The position numbers were made by a program, and so were the translations under genes. A stretch of 64,000 nt of DNA from an uncultured cyanobacterium (GTDB taxonomy: Bacteria > Cyanobacteriota > Cyanobacteriia > Cyanobacteriales > Cyanobacteriaceae), in contig CAVVOP010000008.1 in the NCBI GenBank assembly GCA_963749915.1, positions 576,001-640,000 of the forward strand, in the 5' to 3' direction. Positions 1-10,726 of this stretch are shown here, one piece after another. The notes below the pieces were generated by a model. It was not told the DNA's origin, made no database searches, and saw only the letters and a program-made list of their open reading frames with translations. Every line of letters starts with the position of its first letter. Position 1 is the stretch's first letter.

Positions 1-171
1 ATCATGTTAGCCGGAGGAGGTGCATTACTTAAGGGTTTAGATAGTCTCATCGCCAATGAAACGGGAATCATAACCCATATTGCCCCAAATCCCCTTAAAT
101 GCGTTGTCTATGGTACTGGTAAAGTATTAGAAGATTACGAGCGATTAGGAAGGGCAAGTCGTAAAAAGTGA
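1..171 (+). CDS. mreB: Rod shape-determining protein MreB, C-terminal end (partial, runs off window start)
   Basis: Frame 1 reads IMLAGGGALLKGLDSLIANETGIITHIAPNPLKCVVYGTGKVLEDYERL...*, the typical MreB C-terminus. Stop TGA at 169-171. Confidence 0.9.
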   Translation: MMLAGGGALLKGLDSLIANETGIITHIAPNPLKCVVYGTGKVLEDYERLGRASRKK

Positions 172-283
172 GTAAAGACAAGTGTATAGGGGGATAGCAT
201 GGAAGAGGAGAAGAGAAAAAATTCAACTTTTGCCTTTTATCCTTACTAGTACCTGTTCAATTTTAGAAAATAAGAGAAAAAAT

Positions 284-1285
284 ATGGGTGCAAACGATTA
301 CAAAGATTATTATTCAGTATTAGGAGTTAGCAAAACTGCCACTCCAGAGGAGATTAAAAAAGCCTTTCGTAAATTAGCCGTAAAATATCATCCTGACAGA
401 AACCCTGAGAATAAAGCTGCCGAAGAAAAATTCAAAGGGATTAGTGAAGCCTACGAAGTTTTAGGGGATACAGACAAACGCAAAAAATATGATCAATTTG
501 GGCGTTATTGGCAATCAGCATCATCGGGAAGTCGGCAATCCCCTTGGGGAAAAACCACCTCCAGAAATTCTAACGTTAATGTCAATAACTTTGATTTTGG
601 TAATTATGGCAGTTTTGATGACTTTATCAATGATTTATTAGGGCGTCCATTTCCTAACACTAACCCTGGAAGCGATGGCACTAGGACATCTGGATTTTCT
701 TCGGGGAATACAGGTTTTGGCACAGGAACTCAATCCTCCACCGCCAAAGGGAACGACACTGAGAAAAATATTACCCTCACCTATAGCCAAGCCTATCATG
801 GCCTAGAAACTAAGCTTAATTTAGGTACAGGAAATATTAGTGTGAAGATCCCCTCTGGTGCCAAAAACGGTACTAAAATTAGATTAAGAGGGAAAGGACA
901 AGTTAATTCTCTCACGAAACAAAGAGGTGATCTTTATCTGAAAGTAGAGTTAAAACCTCATGATTTTTTTCAGTTTGAAGATGATAAATTAGTATGTGAA
1001 GTGCCAATTACTCCCTATGAAGCTGTTTTAGGTGGTGAAATTAATGTGCCTACCCCCACAGGAGAAGTGAAGGTTAAAATTCCTTCAGGTATTCGTCATG
1101 GTCAATCTTTAAGACTCAAGGGTAAAGGGTGGAGTAGTGCTAAAGGTGATTATGGTGATTTACTGGTTAAAGTTGCCATCACTACTCCTAATAATGTCAC
1201 GACCCAAGAAAAAGAATATTATGAAAAAATTAGAGAGATAAGTAAAGATAACCCCCGATCCTATTTAAGGAAAGTTCAATTATAA
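284..1285 (+). CDS. DnaJ/CbpA-class co-chaperone (J domain + C-terminal domain, no Zn finger)
   Basis: DYYSVLGV...YHPDRN J-domain with HPD motif, G/F-rich linker and DnaJ-C domain. ATG at 284 preferred over the GTG at 182. Confidence 0.9.
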   Translation: MGANDYKDYYSVLGVSKTATPEEIKKAFRKLAVKYHPDRNPENKAAEEKFKGISEAYEVLGDTDKRKKYDQFGRYWQSASSGSRQSPWGKTTSRNSNVNVNNFDFGNYGSFDDFINDLLGRPFPNTNPGSDGTRTSGFSSGNTGFGTGTQSSTAKGNDTEKNITLTYSQAYHGLETKLNLGTGNISVKIPSGAKNGTKIRLRGKGQVNSLTKQRGDLYLKVELKPHDFFQFEDDKLVCEVPITPYEAVLGGEINVPTPTGEVKVKIPSGIRHGQSLRLKGKGWSSAKGDYGDLLVKVAITTPNNVTTQEKEYYEKIREISKDNPRSYLRKVQL

Positions 1286-1400
1286 ACAAATGAATAACAG
1301 AAAGAGTAATAAGTTCATGACTATAGTTGACAGTTAATCGTTAAGATAGGTAATCAATCAATTTTTTATTATTATTCATTGCCAATTGCTAATTACTCAG

Positions 1401-3224
1401 ATGGAATCTTTAATTGCTGGACGTTATCAAATTATTAATACTTTAGCTCAAGGAGGCTTTGGGGAGACTTTTTTGGCTAGAGATACTCATATGCCTTCTC
1501 AACGGTTGATTGTCATCAAACGTCTTAAGCCGATTAATTCTCAACATCGGGTATCAGCAGAAATCATTGAAGATTTATTTCAAAAAGAAGCCCAAGTATT
1601 AGAAGATTTAGGACAACATTGCTCAGAAATTCCCACTTTATACGCCTATTTTACGGATAACGATCGATTTTACCTTGTGCAAGAGTATGTTGAGGGTAAA
1701 AGTTTAGCGGAGTTGGGTCTTATTAATTGTTCTCAGTGTCACGATATTTTATCATCCCTACTCAAAACCCTTCAATATATCCACAGCAAAAAAATTATTC
1801 ACCGAGACATTAAACCTGAAAATATTATTATCCGCAGTCAAGACAATAAACCTGTCCTCATCGATTTTGGTGCGGTGAAGGAAACGATGGGAACAGTAGC
1901 CCTAGGAACGGGATCCATGGTAAGCTCTATTATCGTTGGTACTAAAGGATTTATGCCTCCTGAGCAAAGTACGGGAAGAACTCTTTATAGTAGCGATTTG
2001 TTTGCTTTAGGTTTAACCATGATCTACAGTTTAACGGGTAAATATCCCATCGAATTTCCTAGTAATTCCTTGAATGGTCAATTAGAATGGGCTAATTATG
2101 TACCTAATTTAGATCCATTATTGCAAACCGTACTAGAAAAGGCTACGAAAATTGATTTGAGTCAACGTTACACTACCGCCGATCAGATGTATCAAGACTT
2201 ATATTTAAGTGCTATTAAAACTGTAGCGGCAATCCCCCAACGTAAAAATATCCCCGTTGCCTCTCCTTCCACTGGTATCGAATCCCACACCTTTGCCATT
2301 ACTAGAGATCAACTTTACCCACAATCTCAATCGTTTTCTCCTCAACCTGCCTCTAAGCCTCGTTATACCCCTCAATCTGTCTTAAAAACTCGTCATACTC
2401 CTCAACCTGCCTCTAAACCTCGTTATACCCCTCAATCTACCTCAAATACTAGTTATACCCCCCAACGGGTTTCTCAGTCTGTCCACGAAGATAGCAATAT
2501 CAGAGAAAATAATGGAAATAATTGGCTACCCTTAATTTTAAGTGCAGTAATAGCAGGAATTGCGGTATCGGCAGGGTTTGTTTTTACCGAGTATATTCAA
2601 CAAACCCAGGCAGAATTAGCTAATATTGAAAGACTGAAGCAGGAAACTGAAGCTAAACTGGCTGAAGGCCAGAAAAAACTCGAAGAAGAGGCAAAAAAAC
2701 GCTTAGAAGCCGAGAAATTGCGGCAACAAGCAGAATCTCAAAGAATAAGGGCGGAAGAATTAAGACGACAGGCGGAGGAAAAAGCCCAAGGTCAACCTCA
2801 AAATCAAGCCGAAAGTCCACCAGTTATTAATAATACAGAGCAAAATTCTGATAATACCATTAACGATAATGCGATCGCCAATAATGATTCTCAAGGCATT
2901 GATAAAAATGAAGCTATCGCGACTATTCAACAATTATATGATTTAGTGTCCCAGAAAAAATATGATCAAGCTAAGAATTTATTTGCTAATCCCAACGATT
3001 TAGACCTAACATTTTTTGATCAATTTAATCAAGTAACCGTCGAAAATTTCTTAGAATTAAAGCAAGATGAAAAATCAATCATCATAACTGCTCAAAATAC
3101 TTATTTTTATCCTGATGGTTCAACTCAAAAAGAAGAGAGAAACTATATTTTAGAAAGAATAGATAACTCTTTAAAAATTGCCAAATCTAGTTTTATTAAA
3201 GTAATAGAAGGAAGAAATAACTAA
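1401..3224 (+). CDS. Membrane-anchored Ser/Thr protein kinase (Hanks type)
   Basis: GGFGETF, HRDIKPEN, DFG and PPE motifs, a Pro/Ser/Thr-rich repeat linker, a TM helix (WLPLILSAVIAGIAVSAGFVF), a coiled coil and a C-terminal extracytoplasmic domain. Confidence 0.92.
   Translation: MESLIAGRYQIINTLAQGGFGETFLARDTHMPSQRLIVIKRLKPINSQHRVSAEIIEDLFQKEAQVLEDLGQHCSEIPTLYAYFTDNDRFYLVQEYVEGKSLAELGLINCSQCHDILSSLLKTLQYIHSKKIIHRDIKPENIIIRSQDNKPVLIDFGAVKETMGTVALGTGSMVSSIIVGTKGFMPPEQSTGRTLYSSDLFALGLTMIYSLTGKYPIEFPSNSLNGQLEWANYVPNLDPLLQTVLEKATKIDLSQRYTTADQMYQDLYLSAIKTVAAIPQRKNIPVASPSTGIESHTFAITRDQLYPQSQSFSPQPASKPRYTPQSVLKTRHTPQPASKPRYTPQSTSNTSYTPQRVSQSVHEDSNIRENNGNNWLPLILSAVIAGIAVSAGFVFTEYIQQTQAELANIERLKQETEAKLAEGQKKLEEEAKKRLEAEKLRQQAESQRIRAEELRRQAEEKAQGQPQNQAESPPVINNTEQNSDNTINDNAIANNDSQGIDKNEAIATIQQLYDLVSQKKYDQAKNLFANPNDLDLTFFDQFNQVTVENFLELKQDEKSIIITAQNTYFYPDGSTQKEERNYILERIDNSLKIAKSSFIKVIEGRNN
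2339..2465 (+). repeat. In-frame 30-bp (10-aa) tandem repeat, PQxxS(K/N)xRYT-like, about 4 units
   Basis: ctcaacctgcctctaa(g/a)cctcgttatacccctcaatct recurs at 2341 and 2401 (60-bp dimer of 30-bp units). Confidence 0.85.
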
Positions 3225-3347
3225 AATGGGTTCTGACTTCTGAGACTAATAATTTATTAATTAATTAATAAATTATTAAAAAGGATTAAAAGTATTTCCT
3301 GTTTCCTACCCTGACCAAAACACTTTTTCAGCAAACTCTAATTAATA

Positions 3348-4085
3348 ATGATTTTTGAGTCTATTTCTACACAACTTTATCAACTACAGCAACTAGCCAA
3401 TCAATTAGTAAATAATCAATTAAATCAACTAAGTGTTTTTAGTGTTGCTATTATTTTACTCACAGGATTAATCACCAGTTTAACCCCTTGTATGTTGTCG
3501 ATGCTTCCCCTCACCGTTGCTTATATCGGCGGTTATGACAATAAGGGCAAGTTTTCTTCCTTGATACAATCCACCTATTTCGCCATTGGTTTAGCCACTA
3601 CTTTAGCTATTTTAGGAATTGTTGCGGCATTATTGGGAAAAGTTTACGGGCAAATCGGCACAGGTTTGCCCATTTTTGTGAGTGGCATCGCCATTATCAT
3701 GGGATTAAATCTATTAGAAATAGTACCTTTAAAATTTCCTAGTTGGGATAATTCAAATTGGATAAAAGATAACTTTCCCGATAGTTTAAAATCCTATGTA
3801 TTAGGGTTAACATTTGGTTTGATTGCTTCTCCTTGCAGTACCCCAGTTTTGATAACATTACTTGCTTATATCGCTAACAGTCAAAATTTTATTTTAGGTA
3901 GTGTTTTTCTTGGTAGTTATGCAATGGGCTATGTTTTCCCCTTAATTTTAGTAGGTACGTTTACAGGAACATTAAAAAGTCTTCTAGATTTAAGAATAAT
4001 TACCCAATGGATAAATCCCTTAAGTGGGGGAGTTTTATTAGTATTTGGAATCTTTTCTTTAGCCTCCCATTTTAACATCAATTAA
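3348..4085 (+). CDS. ccdA: Cytochrome c biogenesis protein CcdA
   Basis: SLTPCMLSMLP and ASPCSTP Cys motifs in a polytopic membrane protein. Confidence 0.9.
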   Translation: MIFESISTQLYQLQQLANQLVNNQLNQLSVFSVAIILLTGLITSLTPCMLSMLPLTVAYIGGYDNKGKFSSLIQSTYFAIGLATTLAILGIVAALLGKVYGQIGTGLPIFVSGIAIIMGLNLLEIVPLKFPSWDNSNWIKDNFPDSLKSYVLGLTFGLIASPCSTPVLITLLAYIANSQNFILGSVFLGSYAMGYVFPLILVGTFTGTLKSLLDLRIITQWINPLSGGVLLVFGIFSLASHFNIN

Positions 4086-4253
4086 TAGTTGATCCACAAG
4101 GGCAAACTCTCCGTTCGCTTATTTATTTCCACAAGCTACAAAATAATTAACTGTATCAATCAGGGTTATTCGTCCACTCATCGCTAACATTGCACATCAG
4201 AATTAACAGGACTAATTCTGATGACATTCTTGCCCAAATTTAGGGCTGAAGGC

Positions 4254-5738
4254 TCAACTATTTAATTTGGCATTGAGAATTTTATTAGCTAATTTAGGAT
4301 CAGCTTTTCCACCTGTTTCCTTCATAATTTGCCCTACAAAAAATCCTTGTAATTTAGTTTTTCCTGCTCTAAATTGTTCTAGCTTGTCAGGATTAGCGGC
4401 AATAATTTTATCAATAATTTCTGTTAATTCATCAGGATTAGAAATGGCAATTAGACCCTTACTTTCGACAATTTCTTTAGGAGATCCGCCTTTTTCTAAT
4501 AATTCAAAGAGCAAATCTTTTGCAATTTTACCACTGATTGTGCCGTTTTCAATTAAGGTAATTAACTCCGCTAACATCTCAGGTTTTAAGGCAATATCCT
4601 TTATGGTAACTCCAACGTTACTATTTAAATAAGCCGCAATATCCTGTGTCACCCAGTTAGCCGCCGCTTTGACACTCGCACCCCCAGCTACTACGGCCTC
4701 AAAATAAAGCGTTACATCTCGATCATCCGTTAAAACTCTGGCATCATAGGCAGATAAGCCAAATTCACCTTCGTAACGGCCACGTTTTTGGGCTGGTAAT
4801 TCGGGTAAAACCTTTTGTAAGTGTTCTAGTTGTGCCTCTGTGACTTCTAAAGGCGGTAGATCAGGTTCAGGGAAATAACGATAATCGCTTAAACCTTCTT
4901 TCACCCTCATACTAATGGTGCGTTGACTACTTTCTTCCCACAAACGAGTTTCTTGGATTATCGGCTCGCCATCACCGATCGCTTCGATTTGTCTTTCAAT
5001 TTCATACTCAATGGCTTTTTGAATGGCACTAAAGGAATTCATATTTTTAATTTCGACTTTGACACCGAACTCTTTTTGACCCACAGGACGCACGGAAATA
5101 TTAACATCGCAACGTAATGATCCCTCCTGCATATTACCGTCACTGATGCCTAAATAACGCACTAAACGGCGCAATTCTTGGGCGTATTCGGCGGCTTCTT
5201 GACCACTTCTTAAGTCAGGTTCGGACACAATTTCTAATAATGGCACACCTGTTCTATTAAAATCTACCAGAGAATGGGTTGATCCCGCTAATCGATCGCT
5301 TCCTGCATGAACTAATTTTCCTGCATCTTCCTCCATGTGTAGGCGAGTGATGCCGATGGTTTTTTTGCTGACTTCTTTGGTTTTCGCATCTACCAATTCT
5401 ATTTCCAACTTGCCATGTTCGACAATGGGTAAGTCGTATTGAGATATTTGATAATTTTTCGGTAAGTCAGGATAAAAATATTGTTTGCGATCGAATTTAC
5501 TATAACGGGCAATTTCTCCTTGAATGGCTAAACCCATTTTGATGGCGGAGTTTAACACTTCTTCATTCAACACAGGCAAAACTCCTGGATGTCCTAAACA
5601 GACAGGACAAACATTAGTATTAGGAGGACTATCAAAATTAGTGGAACAACTACAGAAAATTTTAGTATTAGTATTAAGTTGACAATGAGTTTCTAAACCA
5701 ATAATAGCTTGATACTTGGTTTGAATAGCTGTGGTCAT
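4254..5738 (-). CDS. gatB: Asp/Glu-tRNA amidotransferase subunit B
   Basis: IGLETHCQL, YFYPDLPKNYQISQ, HMEEDAGK, EGSLRCDVN and YRYFPEPDL motifs. Confidence 0.97.
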   Translation of the reverse strand: MTTAIQTKYQAIIGLETHCQLNTNTKIFCSCSTNFDSPPNTNVCPVCLGHPGVLPVLNEEVLNSAIKMGLAIQGEIARYSKFDRKQYFYPDLPKNYQISQYDLPIVEHGKLEIELVDAKTKEVSKKTIGITRLHMEEDAGKLVHAGSDRLAGSTHSLVDFNRTGVPLLEIVSEPDLRSGQEAAEYAQELRRLVRYLGISDGNMQEGSLRCDVNISVRPVGQKEFGVKVEIKNMNSFSAIQKAIEYEIERQIEAIGDGEPIIQETRLWEESSQRTISMRVKEGLSDYRYFPEPDLPPLEVTEAQLEHLQKVLPELPAQKRGRYEGEFGLSAYDARVLTDDRDVTLYFEAVVAGGASVKAAANWVTQDIAAYLNSNVGVTIKDIALKPEMLAELITLIENGTISGKIAKDLLFELLEKGGSPKEIVESKGLIAISNPDELTEIIDKIIAANPDKLEQFRAGKTKLQGFFVGQIMKETGGKADPKLANKILNAKLNS

Positions 5739-6024
5739 ATTTTCAGTAAGTATTAATTATATCTCGAACTTATTTTAACTCGAATTGTTTCTATAGCAAT
5801 TCTAACGTTTCAGCTTTATTGTTACATTAAATTCCCGTAAGTGGTTTTAATATAACAATTTTAGAAATTATTGTAAGTATTTAAGTATTATATTAATTTT
5901 AGTAATAAGTACTTCATTCTCAGCGATCGAGACCAAAAAGCAACATCACCAATAATTTTGCTTCTCAACAATACCAATTACAAGTATTTAACTTGAACCA
6001 ATTTTCTGAGGATTGATCTTATCT

Positions 6025-8175
6025 CTAAAGAGATAAAAGTTGGTTTATTTCATTAAAAGGTAAAGGTTCACAGAATAAATATCCTTGGGCATATTCGCAT
6101 CCCAATTCTTGTAAAATAATCCACTGTAAATCATTTTCGATTCCTTCAACAATTACCTCTATATTAAATCCTTTAGCAAAAGTTGTAATAGCGGAAACAA
6201 TGGCTTTATCCTGAGAGTTATCTTTGATATATTTTATAAAATTTTGAGCTATTTTTAAATAATGAAAAGGAAATTTTTTGATGTTATTAAAATATATATT
6301 ATGAAGACCAAAATCATCTAAAGTAATTTTGATTCCTAAACTTAATAGTTTTTTGAGACAGTTTTTTCCTTGATTGTCTTCTAACCATAAGTTATTGCTT
6401 ATTTCAATAATTAAAGTAGGGGCAAGATGAATATTATTTTTGATAAGTTGGATAAAATTATCCCAAGCATTTTGATCTTGAAAAAGTTGATGAGATACAT
6501 TAATGGCTATAGGTATTTTAGCGAATGAATTGGAGTAATTAGTTAACTTTTTATGAATAATATCTTCTAATATCCACAGGGTCATGTTATTTATTATATT
6601 AATATGTTTAGCTATATCTAAAAACTTATCAGGAGAAATTATTCCCTTATATTGATGATTCCATCTTAATAAAGCTTCTAAGGCAATGATCGTATTATCT
6701 TTGCTAATGATTGGTTGATAATAAATAATAAATTCTTGGTTGGATAAAGCATGATTAAGCTCGTTACTTAAACGCAATAATTCTTTGTTTTCAAAGTCAA
6801 TTTTCGGACTGTAAAATGATGCTTGATTTTGTCCTGCATTTTTACTTATACTTAGGGCTTGATCTGCTTTTCTAATTAAATCAGTTTCATTTTCTGCGTC
6901 ATGGGGATAAACGGAAATACCGATATTAATACTTAATTTTAGCTCTTTATTATCTACAGTAATAGGCTTAATAAGGTTATTCATTACCCTTTGGGATACC
7001 GAGCCAATTTGACTAAAATCCTCTATTTCTGATAACAAGACTATAAATTGATGTTCCCGCCAATAGGCAACGGCATCTTCTAATCTAAATATTTTTTTGA
7101 GTTTTTCTGAACAGTTTTTAATAAGATTATATTCATTTTTCGGAGTAAGAGTATCTCGTCCTAAATTTATTCTATCTATCTCAATAATCATCACCGCTAA
7201 TTTAAGGTTAATTCTTTTATAACTAGCAATGGTTTTTTGTAAGGTTTTAATAAAAGATTTATAATTAGGTAATTTTGTTTTCAAATCATATTCCAAAATT
7301 TGTTTTAAATTCTCTTTTTGTTTATATATTGTGGTTATATCAAAAACATATAAACGGATTATTTGTAAATCTTTTAAGTAATGTATATATTCTTCAACAA
7401 ACAAATTATTAACTTGTACTTCTCTCTTAAATAAGTTAGTTTCTAAACGGGAAAGATAAGGTAAAACATGTTTGAGTAAAGGATGATTAATTTTCTCTTC
7501 TAAAAGAGTCGCAAAGTTAATTTTAGCAGAGGCATTGGCGAACAAAATATTACCTTGAGTATCTATTTCAATAATGGGATAAGGAGAGAGATTAACAATA
7601 GAAGCGAATTTTAACAATTCATCAATTCCATAATCATAATTAGATTTATATGTGGCGATAAAAGTTGGCTCAATATCTTCCTTCTCACCATCAGAAATAG
7701 TCTCTATCATGAGGTTTTTTTGTGCAAGAATCTTGACTTTTTGTTCTTGAAATTTGCCTTCATAATCGACAAAATAAGTTAAAGTAACTTCTGATCCAAT
7801 CTCGATTATATCTCCATGTTTAAGATTACTAGATTGTAAAACTTTTTTCTGATTAATTAATAAACCATTATTACTGGGATTTCCTTCAATATTCCCATCG
7901 GTTATGATATAGTATATTTCTTGGGTTTCTTCATTACAACACTCAGTTAAATAACAGTGATATCTAGATGCTTGTAAAGAAGATAAAATAACATCGTTAT
8001 CATCACTTCTGCCGATAGTGGTTTGTTTGTTTTCTAATAAAATAGTTTTAATTAATTTTTGTATAGAGGTATTTTCTTCTAAAATTAAAAAGTGATTGAT
8101 AATACTATCTAATTCACTATTTGTCTGTTGATACTCAGAGGTTAGATCAGAATTTATGGTAAAGTTTTGAGTCAT
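6025..8175 (-). CDS. FHA + PAS-like + degenerate GGDEF + EAL signalling protein
   Basis: FHA motifs (IGR...SRYHC...SNNG). The GGDEF position reads WREHQF. EAL domain has EALLRW, DDFG, EGIE and QGY. Confidence 0.85.
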   Translation of the reverse strand: MTQNFTINSDLTSEYQQTNSELDSIINHFLILEENTSIQKLIKTILLENKQTTIGRSDDNDVILSSLQASRYHCYLTECCNEETQEIYYIITDGNIEGNPSNNGLLINQKKVLQSSNLKHGDIIEIGSEVTLTYFVDYEGKFQEQKVKILAQKNLMIETISDGEKEDIEPTFIATYKSNYDYGIDELLKFASIVNLSPYPIIEIDTQGNILFANASAKINFATLLEEKINHPLLKHVLPYLSRLETNLFKREVQVNNLFVEEYIHYLKDLQIIRLYVFDITTIYKQKENLKQILEYDLKTKLPNYKSFIKTLQKTIASYKRINLKLAVMIIEIDRINLGRDTLTPKNEYNLIKNCSEKLKKIFRLEDAVAYWREHQFIVLLSEIEDFSQIGSVSQRVMNNLIKPITVDNKELKLSINIGISVYPHDAENETDLIRKADQALSISKNAGQNQASFYSPKIDFENKELLRLSNELNHALSNQEFIIYYQPIISKDNTIIALEALLRWNHQYKGIISPDKFLDIAKHINIINNMTLWILEDIIHKKLTNYSNSFAKIPIAINVSHQLFQDQNAWDNFIQLIKNNIHLAPTLIIEISNNLWLEDNQGKNCLKKLLSLGIKITLDDFGLHNIYFNNIKKFPFHYLKIAQNFIKYIKDNSQDKAIVSAITTFAKGFNIEVIVEGIENDLQWIILQELGCEYAQGYLFCEPLPFNEINQLLSL

Positions 8176-8279
8176 AATGCTATTTTCCAGCCTTTTTTAG
8201 TTGAACAATGATTTTTTTAATGATATGATTTTTGATCTTAATTTCTGATTATTAATCAGTTTGCACTAAATATTTCATC

Positions 8280-8765
8280 ATGGAACTAGAATCATTATCT
8301 CCTAATCTTACTAATAAAATTGAGGCTATTTTATATCTAAAGGCACAACCGACTTCTCTCACAGAACTTGTCGCATTAACTAATCAGTCCATAGATAAGG
8401 TGCAAGAGGCTTTAATTCAATTAATGTCTGATTATGGTTATCGTGATAGTGCATTAGAAATATTAGAAACTCCTAAGGGCTATAGTTTACAGTTAAGAAG
8501 TTGTTATCAATCTTTACTTGAACATCTTATTCCTGCAGAATTAAATCCGAGTATTCTTAAAACTTTAGCGGCCATCGCCCTCAAAAATCCCATTCTTCAA
8601 AGTGATTTAATCGTAATTCGTGGTAGTACTGCTTACCAACACGTAAATGAGTTATTAGAGGCAGGTTTTGTCCGTAAACGTCGCCAAGAAGAAGGAAGAT
8701 CCTATTGGCTAGAGGTAACAGATAAGTTTCATCAATATTTTGAAATTAATCAACTACCACAGTGA
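8280..8765 (+). CDS. scpB: SMC-Scp complex subunit ScpB
   Basis: IEAILY, LKTLAAIA..PI, IRG...HVNEL winged-helix pattern. Confidence 0.88.
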   Translation: MELESLSPNLTNKIEAILYLKAQPTSLTELVALTNQSIDKVQEALIQLMSDYGYRDSALEILETPKGYSLQLRSCYQSLLEHLIPAELNPSILKTLAAIALKNPILQSDLIVIRGSTAYQHVNELLEAGFVRKRRQEEGRSYWLEVTDKFHQYFEINQLPQ

Positions 8766-8840
8766 AAAAAAAGATTATCATATTGTTAAGAAGTTATAGA
8801 GTTAAAGTAAAGGCATAAATTCCAACAGAGGAAACTAATA

Positions 8841-9164
8841 ATGGTATTTGATTCAAATTTTTTTCAGCGCGAATCAGAAACGACAATTAAGAATACATTA
8901 GTAGAATATTTACAGAAACAACATCCTGATACCTTAGAAAGAGTGGCACAATCTGCTACTCCTGAAGTTAGAGAAATTATCACCCATAATGTACAAGGTT
9001 TACTGGGGGTGTTGCCTTCCGAAGGTTTTAATGTACAAATAGTTACCGATAGACAGAATTTAGCTAATTTATTAGTATCCGCTATGATGACTGGTTATTT
9101 TCTTAGTCTGATGGAAAAAAGAAAGGATTTAGAGGAAAGTATTGCTAACACAGATTCTCTTTAA
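8841..9164 (+). CDS. DUF760-family conserved cyanobacterial protein
   Basis: HNVQGLLGVLP...NLANLLVSAMMTGYFL signature. Confidence 0.8.
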   Translation: MVFDSNFFQRESETTIKNTLVEYLQKQHPDTLERVAQSATPEVREIITHNVQGLLGVLPSEGFNVQIVTDRQNLANLLVSAMMTGYFLSLMEKRKDLEESIANTDSL

Positions 9165-9249
9165 ATAGTTAATAGTTAATTATTTATTGCCTGTTGGGGA
9201 ATCGGCAGTTAGTTGTCTTTCAACATTGTTAATTGTTAATTGTTAATTG

Positions 9250-9345
9250 TTATCCTCCTTTGGCAAAAGAAGCCATTACCAAAATGGAGAGTAATAATCC
9301 CGGTACTAATAATACAATTAACATTAAAAATTGATCAGTAGTCAT
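9250..9345 (-). CDS. 31-aa single-TM microprotein, likely Norf4-like
   Basis: Translated by hand: MTTDQFLMLIVLLVPGLLLSILVMASFAKGG*. Below the ORF-track cutoff. Length and hydrophobic profile match my recollection of the conserved 31-aa cyanobacterial microprotein Norf4. Confidence 0.7.
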   Translation of the reverse strand: MTTDQFLMLIVLLVPGLLLSILVMASFAKGG

Positions 9346-9464
9346 AATTTCATTTTGATTGTGGTACATTAACTATCATCTTAGGAGATCCTTTTGATTT
9401 AGGATCTTTCTGTGGTGAAAAACTAGTGGAAAAGAAAGCGCCTCAATGAAACAGGGGTTTTAAA

Positions 9465-9557
9465 GTGGTCTGTCAAGATAATTTTGAAAGACTGGTAACG
9501 GACAATTTTGGATTTTGGAGAATCCTGCTATCCCTCATTTCAAAATTGATAGACCAC
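9465..9557. mobile_element. MITE copy 1 (93 bp), TIRs GTGGTCTGTCAA / TTGATAGACCAC
   Basis: Terminal inverted repeats, and a homologous copy lies at 50603-50709. Confidence 0.8.
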
Positions 9558-9634
9558 CAGAAGAGTATAATTTCCCATTGTTCAGTGTTTTTGCTCTACG
9601 ATTATAACTCTCAACCCTGAACTATTGTCAATTG

Positions 9635-10018
9635 TTAGAGGTCTTCTAAATCAACTTGTTTAAGGTGGATATTTTTTCTGCCTAAGACAACTTCAAATTC
9701 ATCACCGGGTTTTAAACCCATTTTATCGGTATAGGCTTTACCAATGGAGAGATTACCGTTAGATTGTACATTGATACGATAATTGGCACTTCTGCCTCTT
9801 TTTTTAGTGTCAATGCTGGTTTCATTATCAAGACTAATGCCTTCGGCTTCGATTAAAGCATTAAGAAATTTAACCATACTAACTCTTTTTTGATCATTAT
9901 CTGTAATAGTATAATAACCACACTCGATGGCCTTTTCTTCACGGGAAACGTTACCTAATTTTTTAACTGTTTTAAGTAAATCTTTTCCGATTAAGGGTTG
10001 TTGTTTTTTAGTCGTCAT
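9635..10018 (-). CDS. Cyanobacterial AbrB-like transcriptional regulator (cyAbrB)
   Basis: CGYY...FLNALIEAEG...RINVQSNGNLSIGKAYT...LKPGDEF..LGRK.IHL. Confidence 0.92.
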   Translation of the reverse strand: MTTKKQQPLIGKDLLKTVKKLGNVSREEKAIECGYYTITDNDQKRVSMVKFLNALIEAEGISLDNETSIDTKKRGRSANYRINVQSNGNLSIGKAYTDKMGLKPGDEFEVVLGRKNIHLKQVDLEDL

Positions 10019-10227
10019 TTACTTTTATTTTGCTAAATTTTACACTAACTATTTTGAGTTAATATACAAAATAGTTCTTAAATTTTTGTTCATAAACTAT
10101 AATAGACTAATATAGCAAAATTTCACTTTTTTTACTAAACTTAATCGCAAGGAAACTAATTTATAATCTCTGGAAAAATAAAACATCTTTTGAATTAAAA
10201 CTCACGCTGAAAGGCTATAATAATCCC

Positions 10228-10671
10228 ATGAAGTTAACGACTAAAGGCTATTATGCCGTTAAAGCATTATTGGATTTGAGTCTTCAACCTAATTATCAAC
10301 CTGTCTCGGCTAATACCATTGCTGGTCGTCAAAACTTACCTGCACCTTATTTAGAAAAAATTTTAATTAAAATTCGTAAAGCGGGATTAATAAAATCTAT
10401 CAGGGGTGCCAATGGTGGTTATCAATTAGCTTCTTCACCAGAGGATATTTCTTTGGGAGATATTCTTGTGGCAGTGGGGGACAAAATTGAGCCTTTACCT
10501 AATTATAATATTGATAATGATTCAGCGGAAGATTGGGTAACAATTTGTTTATGGAGACGTTTAAATCACAAGTTAAAAGAGGCGATTTATAATATAACTT
10601 TAGCAGATTTATATTATGATGCTCGTAGTCGTCAAGCCTCCTACGGTGAGGAAAATAATTTTATTGTTTGA
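10228..10671 (+). CDS. Rrf2-family transcriptional regulator lacking the 3-Cys Fe-S motif
   Basis: YAVKALLDL, YLEKIL, SIRGANGGYQLA. Only one Cys. Confidence 0.88.
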   Translation: MKLTTKGYYAVKALLDLSLQPNYQPVSANTIAGRQNLPAPYLEKILIKIRKAGLIKSIRGANGGYQLASSPEDISLGDILVAVGDKIEPLPNYNIDNDSAEDWVTICLWRRLNHKLKEAIYNITLADLYYDARSRQASYGEENNFIV

Positions 10672-10726
10672 AACTTAGATATTCCGCCAAGATATCAATC
10701 TTTAGTGAATATATAGAATATAATTA

